A DNA stretch of 64,000 nucleotides, taken from the IMG/VR virus record IMGVR_UViG_3300045988_147927, positions 32,001 to 96,000 of that record; one strand, given 5' to 3'. This document shows positions 56,856-64,000 of this stretch, piece by piece; position 1 is the stretch's first letter; each line of letters begins with the position of its first letter. This stretch comes from a virus. The notes under the pieces are model-generated. The model was given only the letters and a program-made list of their open reading frames with translations, was not told the DNA's origin and ran no database searches. Both the position numbers and the translations under genes were made by a program.

Positions 56856-56878
56856 ATTACAAAAGATAGGGTGGTATT

Positions 56879-57139
56879 ATGTTGTGTATGGTGATAGCTA
56901 GAGATAGGAATGTTAAGTTGGACAGTTCTTATACTATAAAGGATGCTATAGAGCAAGTAGATATGCTTAACAATAAGATGAATTTGAAAGGTACTTTACG
57001 ATATTATGGGTTACAGTATGTCGAGGATAGGTCTTTCTTTTCTAGATATAAGAATGTTTTTAAAATGAAAGATATGCACTCTTTGTATAATTTAACTTTA
57101 AAGGAGTTAAATGATTATAAGAATAGTTTGATTTATTGA
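56879..57139 (+). CDS. Small hypothetical protein
   Basis: RBS GGGTGG before ATG 56879. Confidence 0.55.
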   Translation: MLCMVIARDRNVKLDSSYTIKDAIEQVDMLNNKMNLKGTLRYYGLQYVEDRSFFSRYKNVFKMKDMHSLYNLTLKELNDYKNSLIY

Positions 57140-57149
57140 GGTGTTTTAT

Positions 57150-57410
57150 ATGTCATTAATGGTTGGAGACAGGGTAGAGCATAATACTTTTCCTGTTTTT
57201 ATTGGCAAAGTTGCTTATATTGAAAGCAATATTGATAAAGATAGGGTTGGGGTTGTTAATGAAGATAATGGCTCTATATTTTGGGATACTGTGGATACAT
57301 GGGATGTGTTATATGATTCAAAGATTTCATATACTTCTCAAATAGATGAGTATGATGGGGATACTATAGATGTAGACGCTGTGATTGATATAGGTAGTTT
57401 TGAAGGTTGA
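57150..57410 (+). CDS. Small hypothetical protein
   Basis: RBS GAGGTG before ATG 57150. Confidence 0.55.
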   Translation: MSLMVGDRVEHNTFPVFIGKVAYIESNIDKDRVGVVNEDNGSIFWDTVDTWDVLYDSKISYTSQIDEYDGDTIDVDAVIDIGSFEG

Positions 57411-57501
57411 TATCTTCTATATATAGTAATAGCGAACATACGATATAATGTTATAAAATGTTTTTTAAGTTACTTATAGGATATAGGGGATTAGTAATAA
57501 T

Positions 57502-58146
57502 ATGAGTGAAGATATTGTTACTAACAAGTTGACCAATAATGATGTTAGAGTTGTAGGGGTTGTTGTTAGTAAACCAATGTTACATCATAGTACACATGGG
57601 GAAGATTTTTATGAGTTTAAAATAGAAGTTCCTAGATTAAATAAAGGTGTACATGATACTATTAAAATAGAAGTTTCTGATAGGGTATTTGATGTTTCTA
57701 GATTAGAAGTTGATAGTATTGTATCAGTTGTTGGACAATTTAGGTCTTTTAATGAATATAATTCTGAAATGGATAGAATGACATTAAGACTATTTGTGTT
57801 TGTTAAGGATATTGAAATTCTTGAAGAGGCTGATGCTTTTGATAATGAGATTACGTTAAGAGGTTTTATCTGTAAGGAAGTTGTACACAGAAAGACTCCT
57901 AGTGGTAGAGAAATTTCTGATGTTATTTTATCTGTCAATAGATTATACAATAAATCTGATTATATTCCTTGTGTAGTGTGGGGAAGAAATTCTAAATATG
58001 TTGCTAATATGGTTGTTGGAGATGAGATTGAAATACAAGGTAGGATTCAGTCTAGGAAGTATAATAAATCTTTAGATGACGGAAGTATTATTGAGCGTGA
58101 GGTTTATGAAGTTTCTGTTATCAATGTTTCTAAAGTAGAAGGTTAG
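57502..58146 (+). CDS. Tandem OB-fold ssDNA-binding-like protein
   Basis: Two repeats of an SSB-like pattern: VRVVGVVVSKP...VSVVGQFRSF and ITLRGFICKEV...IEIQGRIQSRKY. Confidence 0.45.
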   Translation: MSEDIVTNKLTNNDVRVVGVVVSKPMLHHSTHGEDFYEFKIEVPRLNKGVHDTIKIEVSDRVFDVSRLEVDSIVSVVGQFRSFNEYNSEMDRMTLRLFVFVKDIEILEEADAFDNEITLRGFICKEVVHRKTPSGREISDVILSVNRLYNKSDYIPCVVWGRNSKYVANMVVGDEIEIQGRIQSRKYNKSLDDGSIIEREVYEVSVINVSKVEG

Positions 58147-58167
58147 TTAGAGGGGTGTATACATCGT

Positions 58168-58668
58168 ATGAGTAATAGTATCTTATCAGATGCAGTAGAT
58201 TATAGCAGTAAAGTTATGCTGATACGTGGATACGCATCTTATTATACTGATAAAGATTTATCAAAAATTTTCAATGTAGATACATTAGCTGAGATTTTAG
58301 AAAATAATACATATGAGGATATAAAAGTTAAGTTATCAAATACACTGTCTAATATAAAAGATGGTGTATTTGATATTGGCGATGTTGTTACAATCAATAA
58401 GCCTTTTAAAATAGATGGAACATATAAAACTATTAAGGGTGTAATTATAGGTAAGCATATTAGGTATAAAAGTGAAAATATGCGAGATTATTATACCGAG
58501 TTTGACATCATAGTTCAAAGTAAGTCTTATAATGATGGGTATAGTTATGAGATTTATAGGGAGACAGAGGAATATTTACGTTTAGAGAGTAAAGATATTG
58601 TAAATAAAACATACTTGCAAGACACATTAAAACGAATTAGTAGGATTGATATAGTAGTTAATGTTTAG
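58168..58668 (+). CDS. Hypothetical protein
   Basis: RBS GAGGGG before ATG 58168. Confidence 0.6.
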   Translation: MSNSILSDAVDYSSKVMLIRGYASYYTDKDLSKIFNVDTLAEILENNTYEDIKVKLSNTLSNIKDGVFDIGDVVTINKPFKIDGTYKTIKGVIIGKHIRYKSENMRDYYTEFDIIVQSKSYNDGYSYEIYRETEEYLRLESKDIVNKTYLQDTLKRISRIDIVVNV

Positions 58669-58683
58669 TGTAGGGGTGTTATA

Positions 58684-59481
58684 GTGGTTTCATCTAATTT
58701 AGGGAGTGGTTTGTTAGTATCTCCTTATGATGGTAGGGATTATAAGTTTAAAGATTTACTAAAGTTAGGTTCTGTAAATATACCTTATGAGTATCAGAGT
58801 AGTGAGTTTCCTTTTGTATACAATCAAGGAAATACTCAAATGTGTTGTGCTTGCTCGTATAGCGCTGTTAGATATTTGCAGGAGAGTGATGGTAGTCAGT
58901 CAGGGTTAAGTGTTCCTTTATCGCCTGCCTTTAATTATGGTGTTAGGCCAGATAATGAAAATTTTGAGGGTATGTATTTAAGGACTTGTCTTAAAGGTGG
59001 ACTAGATGTTGGTTCTGTATTATATTCTGACTTAGAGGGGTTTTATTCTACTTCTGAGGCTATGAGGATTGTTAAAGATAATAGAGATATTTTATTTAAT
59101 AAGGCTGATGAGTTTAGGATAGATTCATACTATGTGTGTAATTCACGGAGAGAGATACAGGTAGCTATTTTAACAACTAAGGCTGTTATCACAGGGATAC
59201 CAATATTTGACAGTTTTTATGATGTTAGTAGTGATGGTATTGTGAAATATGATTCTAGTAGGGATGTTGTGAATTATGGTGGACACGCCGTAACTATTAC
59301 TGGATGGGGATATATCAATAATAAATTTCATTGGAGATTGTTAAATTCATGGGGAACATCTTGGGGTGATAGTGGGTATGCTTGGTTGCCTGAATATTAT
59401 CCTTGGATAGAAAATGCTTATGTTGTGGTAGACACAACAACAAAATTGAGTTTTAGTGATTATATGCAAAAATATTATTGA
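58684..59481 (+). CDS. Papain-like (C1 family) cysteine peptidase
   Basis: The papain-type catalytic residues are present: QGNTQMCCACS (Cys), GGHAVTITGWG (His) and LLNSWGTSWGDSGY (Asn-Ser-Trp). Confidence 0.7.
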   Translation: MVSSNLGSGLLVSPYDGRDYKFKDLLKLGSVNIPYEYQSSEFPFVYNQGNTQMCCACSYSAVRYLQESDGSQSGLSVPLSPAFNYGVRPDNENFEGMYLRTCLKGGLDVGSVLYSDLEGFYSTSEAMRIVKDNRDILFNKADEFRIDSYYVCNSRREIQVAILTTKAVITGIPIFDSFYDVSSDGIVKYDSSRDVVNYGGHAVTITGWGYINNKFHWRLLNSWGTSWGDSGYAWLPEYYPWIENAYVVVDTTTKLSFSDYMQKYY

Positions 59482-59489
59482 GGTTGTGT

Positions 59490-59840
59490 ATGAAATTTAC
59501 TTATAAACCATCTTTTACTAGGGTTATTGTTATAATATTCTTAGTTATTTCATTTATCTCTATGGTATATTCGATTGGAATAGATACTTACTTGCATTAT
59601 AAATTGCACGTAGGTGAGTTAGCAGTATATGATATTGAATCGCATAAATCTGATAGTGATGAGGTAAATGAAAACGTATTTGAGAGGATAGGGACTATTG
59701 ATGGGTATGTTCTTATTTATGATACTAGGACAGGTTTAGTGTATATTGGTGATGAAAGAGGGAGTTTGACACCATATTATTCTAATGCTAGTGGTAAGAT
59801 TGTAGTTTACGATAGAGACAATCATAAATTGGTGTATTGA
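59490..59840 (+). CDS. N-terminally membrane-anchored small protein
   Basis: Hydrophobic segment VIVIIFLVISFISMVYSI. Coupled to the peptidase gene. Confidence 0.55.
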   Translation: MKFTYKPSFTRVIVIIFLVISFISMVYSIGIDTYLHYKLHVGELAVYDIESHKSDSDEVNENVFERIGTIDGYVLIYDTRTGLVYIGDERGSLTPYYSNASGKIVVYDRDNHKLVY

Positions 59841-59843
59841 TAT

Positions 59844-59874
59844 TCAGAGGTAGTATTACTACCTCTGATTTTTT
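59844..59874 (+). terminator. Rho-independent terminator
   Basis: TCAGAGGTAGT-ATT-ACTACCTCTGA followed by TTTTTT. Confidence 0.8.
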
Positions 59875-59973
59875 ATGTGTTTATAACTTTACAAAACATT
59901 ACATATATGGTATTATAAGAGTGTACCTTTGGTATTTAGATAAAGGTAGTTTAGTAAGAAAGGAAAAACTGGT

Positions 59974-60225
59974 ATGAAGAAAGATTTAGAGCAAAAGGTT
60001 GAAAATGCATTACCGTTAGAGGAAGTGTTAAATTTACCTCGTGGGTTTAATGTGGCTGAAAATGTAGTAGGTCAACAAATCTATATATGGAGGGAGTCTG
60101 TTGGTGAGGGGTATTCATTGATGTTTAAAACAAACAAAAAAGATGAGCTTTATGTAGAGGATTTTGATGAGGAGGGTAATTTAATAAATATTCGTTATGA
60201 AATTATTGAAGGACTAGATGATTAA
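59974..60225 (+). CDS. Small hypothetical protein
   Basis: RBS AAAGGAAA before ATG 59974. Confidence 0.55.
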   Translation: MKKDLEQKVENALPLEEVLNLPRGFNVAENVVGQQIYIWRESVGEGYSLMFKTNKKDELYVEDFDEEGNLINIRYEIIEGLDD

Positions 60226-60247
60226 TCTGCATAAAGGGGTACTAAAG

Positions 60248-61063
60248 ATGGAAAATGAAAATCTTAATTTAATCAAAGAGTTTAATAGAGTTTTAAAAGG
60301 GAGTGTTTTCATTTATGATATAGATGAAAACAAAGATAAAAAACAAATCAATACAACAAAGTATGATTTGTTGGACTATACAGAGTATGGCTCTAGACCT
60401 TGGGTTGTTGTTTCTGATAATCAAAGTAATACTAGAGTTTGTACTATTGCACCTCTATCTACTGGTCAGTTTGGTAAAGCTGATAAGATTAAGACTCATG
60501 TAGATTTATGTCTTAATGGTAAGAATACGTGTATTATGGTTGAGCAAATGAGATTTGTTAATGCACATGAGTTAAAGACATATTTAACAACTTTAAATGA
60601 TGATACCATGAGAATGGTAGATGATGCTATGAGATTTCATTTAGGACTACAAAATAAAATTAATTTGTCTGAAATTGATAGCAGAATAAAATCTATTGTT
60701 GATGAAAAAGTAAAAAACATTGTAAATTCCGCTATCAGTGAAGATATTTTGAATGATATTGTACATGATGCTATTACAACAAAGTTAAATGTTACTACTA
60801 ATGTTAATGTTGATACTAAAGTTGATAGTGCTGTGGTTGGTACAAGTGATATTAAAGAAAGTATTGCAGGTAATAAAGAGGGATTAAAGAGAGGTAGAAA
60901 ACCTAAGTATACTAGATATGAGTTAGAGTGTATTGTAAGAGATTACAAGATGATGACCGAAAGAGATTTCTGTACTAAATATGATTGTAAAGACCATAAG
61001 TCATATATAGGCAAACATTATTATGCTAAGAATTTACTAAAAAATCTAAACTCTAAAAAATAG
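60248..61063 (+). CDS. MazF/PemK-like domain fused to a basic C-terminal region
   Basis: GSVFIYDI...GSRPWVVVSDNQSNTRVCTIAPLST...CIMVEQMRFVNAHEL fits the PemK pattern. The C-terminus contains KRGRKPKYT. RBS AAGGGG before ATG 60248. Confidence 0.5.
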   Translation: MENENLNLIKEFNRVLKGSVFIYDIDENKDKKQINTTKYDLLDYTEYGSRPWVVVSDNQSNTRVCTIAPLSTGQFGKADKIKTHVDLCLNGKNTCIMVEQMRFVNAHELKTYLTTLNDDTMRMVDDAMRFHLGLQNKINLSEIDSRIKSIVDEKVKNIVNSAISEDILNDIVHDAITTKLNVTTNVNVDTKVDSAVVGTSDIKESIAGNKEGLKRGRKPKYTRYELECIVRDYKMMTERDFCTKYDCKDHKSYIGKHYYAKNLLKNLNSKK

Positions 61064-61082
61064 AATATTCAAATATAACTTT

Positions 61083-61126
61083 AAGGTGGTATAATATTAG
61101 TATATGTTATACCACCTTTATTTTTT
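61083..61126 (+). terminator. Rho-independent terminator
   Basis: AAGGTGGTATAA / TTATACCACCTT stem followed by TATTTTTT. Confidence 0.8.
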
Positions 61127-61142
61127 GTAAGAGGTATTAAGA

Positions 61143-61604
61143 ATGTGTGAAAAATTAGAAAGAGATATAGATTTACTAATAGATGATTTAAAGGGATATT
61201 CTGATTTTACTCATGAGTGTGTTGTTATGTATAATGAGCATTTATGCAAGATTAAAGATTTAGATTATGAGTTAGATGGGAATACACTAACATTCTTTAG
61301 TAATGCTAAATGGGATGAGACTTCATATAATACATTTCAGCTATTAAGTTTGTTAAATCGTATTAAGGGTGTAGAAGATGTAGATATATGGTTTACTGCA
61401 TATGATGGTACAGTACATAAATATGTTTCTAGTTATATCTCAAATAAATACTCATCATATGGTACTAATGTTAGAGTTATAGTTGTAGGAGATAAGACAT
61501 CTAATCATAATAATAAGATATTGACAGTTAATGATGATATGGATATAGAAGAGGGTAGGATGTATGAAGATAAAATAACAGTAGATTTTAATACTAAGAT
61601 ATAG
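61143..61604 (+). CDS. Hypothetical protein
   Basis: RBS AGAGG before ATG 61143. Confidence 0.6.
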   Translation: MCEKLERDIDLLIDDLKGYSDFTHECVVMYNEHLCKIKDLDYELDGNTLTFFSNAKWDETSYNTFQLLSLLNRIKGVEDVDIWFTAYDGTVHKYVSSYISNKYSSYGTNVRVIVVGDKTSNHNNKILTVNDDMDIEEGRMYEDKITVDFNTKI

Positions 61605-61933
61605 TATTATGATATAAGATAGTTATACTAGAGACAGTACTAACAGATGATATAGTGATACTGACTATATACTACAACATCTAAGTAATAATGTAATAAT
61701 AATGATGATACTAATATAATTAATACTATACATACTATAATACATAAAATACCATATAATCACTGTATTAATTTCTTCTAACGAAGAAAAGAATACAGTT
61801 TCAGCAAAAAAGAGTATAAGTGGGGATGTAGTAATACAGGTAGTATAATAATAGAAATTATATTAAAAGTGATTCAATATATGTAATATAATTATATTTA
61901 AGTAAATGAAATAGAGTAATTTAAAGTAAGATT

Positions 61934-62058
61934 GTATTAAATGAAATAGAATATAACTGTATTAAATGAAATAGAGTATAACTGTATTAAATGAAATATA
62001 GTATAACTGTATTAAATGAAATATAGTATAACTGTATTAAATGAAATATAGTAAGACT
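61934..62058 (+). repeat. Tandem repeat A: 25 bp x5 (GTATTAAATGAAATAGAGTATAACT)
   Basis: Five head-to-tail copies with 1-3 substitutions each. Confidence 0.95.
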
Positions 62059-62110
62059 GAAGTAAGACTGAAGTAAGACTGAAGTAAGACTGAAGTAAGA
62101 CTGAAGTAAT
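62049..62110 (+). repeat. Tandem repeat B: 11 bp x~5.5 (GAAGTAAGACT)
   Basis: Directly abuts repeat A. Confidence 0.95.
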
Positions 62111-62147
62111 TATATTGCATATAGGGGAATATATGGAAGTGCCGCCG

Positions 62148-62189
62148 AAACTGAGTTGATTAAACTGAGTTGATTAAACTGAGTTGAGT
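62148..62189 (+). repeat. Tandem repeat C: 14 bp x3 (AAACTGAGTTGATT)
   Basis: Three head-to-tail copies. Preceded by a GC-rich GTGCCGCCG. Confidence 0.9.
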
Positions 62190-62425
62190 TACAATAAGGT
62201 GGATATAATTCAATAGCAGTAGGGATTATATAAGAGAGAACTGTATAGGAAGGTATAGTTAGTAAGTATGTAGCATATACTGCATATGATGCCAAGATAG
62301 TATATTAGACTATATAGGGGTAGAAGTGATACTGGGATAGCCATTCTATTGAGAGTATGAGTATAAGATAGAGGCTAGAAAATCAATCATACAAATCTAA
62401 GAGATACAAAGAGATATACATTTCC

Positions 62426-62495
62426 TAATTGAAAATTCTTAATTGAAAATTCTTAATTGAAAATTCTTAATTGAAAATTCTTAATTGAAAATTTT
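62426..62495 (+). repeat. Tandem repeat D: 14 bp x5 (TAATTGAAAATTCT)
   Basis: Five head-to-tail copies, the last one degenerate. Confidence 0.95.
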
Positions 62496-62640
62496 GAAAT
62501 ATTAAATAATGAAATACGATATAAAATATAGTATAATAGAGTATGTAGAGTACAAGAAATATACAATATATGGTATCTAATGGATGTAAAATTAATACAT
62601 CTAAGAGATATAAGATTGTATATATAAGATAGCATGATAC

Positions 62641-62700
62641 ATCTAAGAGATAGAAATCTGAGAGATAGAAATCTAAGAGATACAAATCTAAGAGATAGAA
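62641..62700 (+). repeat. Tandem repeat E: 15 bp x4 (ATCTAAGAGATAGAA)
   Basis: Four head-to-tail copies. Isolated ATCTAAGAGATA copies also occur near 62396 and 62599. Confidence 0.9.
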
Positions 62701-62855
62701 TGTGTTGTGTGAGTATTATATTTTGTGATATAAGATAGTGTGATACAGAATAGTATATCATTAAATCAATTATCATTGAATATGATGTAATTGTATTTTA
62801 TAAAATATATTAAGTATATTAAGTATTGGATTTTCAGATAGGGAAGGAATACAAA

Positions 62856-64000
62856 GTGAGTCAAGATTCGCAGAATGTTTCAATGAATGTTTTAAAGCGT
62901 GATGGGCGTATAGTCATATTTGATAGTGGTAAGGTATTCAATGCTATGCTAAGTGCCTATAGTAGTTTACATGATACGATTGATAGGGAGTATGTTGATG
63001 TATGTAATGATGCCATTAATGCTATCATAGATGAATATGATTCAATGGATGATAGGATACTCAGTGTTGAGGATATTCAAGATATTGTAGAGGAGACATT
63101 ATTAGATTCTAAGTATAATGATGTCGCTAAGGCTTATATATTGTATCGAGATGAGAGGACTCGATGTAGGGAGACAACGATAGATAGGGTAGTGAGTGAG
63201 ATACTAGAGGATAGTAATGAGTATTGGTCTACAGAGAACAGTAATAAAGATTCAAAGTTACTCACTACACAGCGTGATTATATGGCTGGTGCTATTAGTA
63301 CTGATATTATGCGTAGGAAGATATTACCTAAGCATTTAATAGAGGCACATGATAGTGGTATCCTGCATATCCACGATATGGATTATATTTCGATGAAAAT
63401 GTATAATTGCTGTTTAATTAATTTAGAGGATATGTTACAGAATGGGACTGTGATTTCTAATGTACAGATAGATAAGCCACATAAATTTAGTACTGCTTGT
63501 AATATAGCTAGTCAAGTTATTGCACAAGTAGCTAGCTCTCAGTTCGGTGGGCAATCTATTAGTTTAAGTCATGTATCACCTTTTGTAGAAGAGACTAGAA
63601 AGACATTCAAAAAGAAATATCCTAGTGCTAGTGATGAGTTGATAGAATCTATGGTTAGGGATGATATACGTGCTGGTATACAGACATTACAATACCAAGT
63701 CCTAACACTCATGACAACGAATGGGCAAGCACCATTTTTAACAGTATTTATGAATTTAACAGATGTTGATGGTAGTCAACGTGATGATTTAGCGTTGTGT
63801 ATTCAGGAGATGTTGGAGCAACGTATTGTAGGTGTTAAGAATGATAAGGGTGTGTATGTATCACCAAGTTTTCCTAAATTAATCTATGCTCTTGATGAAT
63901 GTAATATTACTGAGGATAGTCCTTATTTTTATCTAACGCAGTTAAGTGCTGTGTGTAGTGCTAAGAGGTTAGTGCCTGATTACGTGTCTACTAAAGTGAT
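62856..64000 (+). CDS. nrdD: Anaerobic ribonucleoside-triphosphate reductase, 3' end beyond the window
   Basis: GTG start 7 nt after GGGAAGGA. Has an ATP-cone-like N-terminus (VLKRDGRIVIFDSGKV). Contains GILHIHDMDY and YNCCLINLEDML. It is absent from the ORF track because no stop codon lies in the window. Confidence 0.85.
   Translation, partial: MSQDSQNVSMNVLKRDGRIVIFDSGKVFNAMLSAYSSLHDTIDREYVDVCNDAINAIIDEYDSMDDRILSVEDIQDIVEETLLDSKYNDVAKAYILYRDERTRCRETTIDRVVSEILEDSNEYWSTENSNKDSKLLTTQRDYMAGAISTDIMRRKILPKHLIEAHDSGILHIHDMDYISMKMYNCCLINLEDMLQNGTVISNVQIDKPHKFSTACNIASQVIAQVASSQFGGQSISLSHVSPFVEETRKTFKKKYPSASDELIESMVRDDIRAGIQTLQYQVLTLMTTNGQAPFLTVFMNLTDVDGSQRDDLALCIQEMLEQRIVGVKNDKGVYVSPSFPKLIYALDECNITEDSPYFYLTQLSAVCSAKRLVPDYVSTKV

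Noticed and set aside
61934-62700. The repeat arrays could be a CRISPR array.
   Set aside because: The units are head-to-tail with no unique spacers, are 11-25 bp long, belong to five different families, and have no cas genes nearby.
62110-62776. Minus-strand ORFs 62110-62295, 62453-62776 and 62467-62685
   Set aside because: They are translations of the tandem repeats (for example the LSLRF repeats) and are not credible proteins.
1-64000. Integrase, CRISPR-Cas, a diversity-generating retroelement, or a known multi-gene defence island
   Set aside because: No recombinase, reverse transcriptase, cas-like motif or template/variable repeat pair was recognised by eye. Absence cannot be proven without HMM searches.

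Overview
AT-rich segment of a large contractile-tail phage or prophage genome, probably from a low-GC Firmicute or Fusobacterium-like host. Every credible gene is on the + strand.

Gene order:
- tail tube (5' cut by the window edge)
- small self-contained cassette
- tail chaperone with a +1 frameshift candidate
- tape measure with a lysozyme domain
- baseplate: LysM-like, hub, gpV/gp5 spike, gp25/W, J, I-like
- multi-gene fibre module
- holin-like protein plus lysin
- terminator/promoter switch
- replication and recombination genes: CHC2 Zn-finger protein, HIRAN, family A DNA polymerase, ATP-dependent ligase, clamp-loader-like, RuvC-like, RecA-like, three-piece Rad50/SbcC, Mre11/SbcD, clamp-like, two DNA methyltransferases
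- small early-type ORFs around a 6-tRNA cluster
- 1.25 kb ORF-free multi-repeat region
- nrdD (3' cut by the window edge)

Main finding: the baseplate operon carries three TnpB elements.
- One is an IStron (group I intron core, then tnpB, then an omega-RNA-like tail) that splits the hub gene.
- Two are paralogous TnpB elements lacking the zinc finger, each inserted just upstream of a late gene.
- A separate orphan copy of the IStron 3' RNA tail lies at 881-1009.

Other points:
- simple-sequence tracts break both methyltransferase genes
- a U32-like gene is split within the fibre module
- two fibre genes share a 345-bp module
- tRNA-like fragments sit next to the tRNA cluster
- a MazF-like fusion protein
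- many late genes start with TTG

Caveat: several frame breaks fall in homopolymers or short repeats and could be assembly errors. All function calls come from motif recognition by eye. No database search was run.
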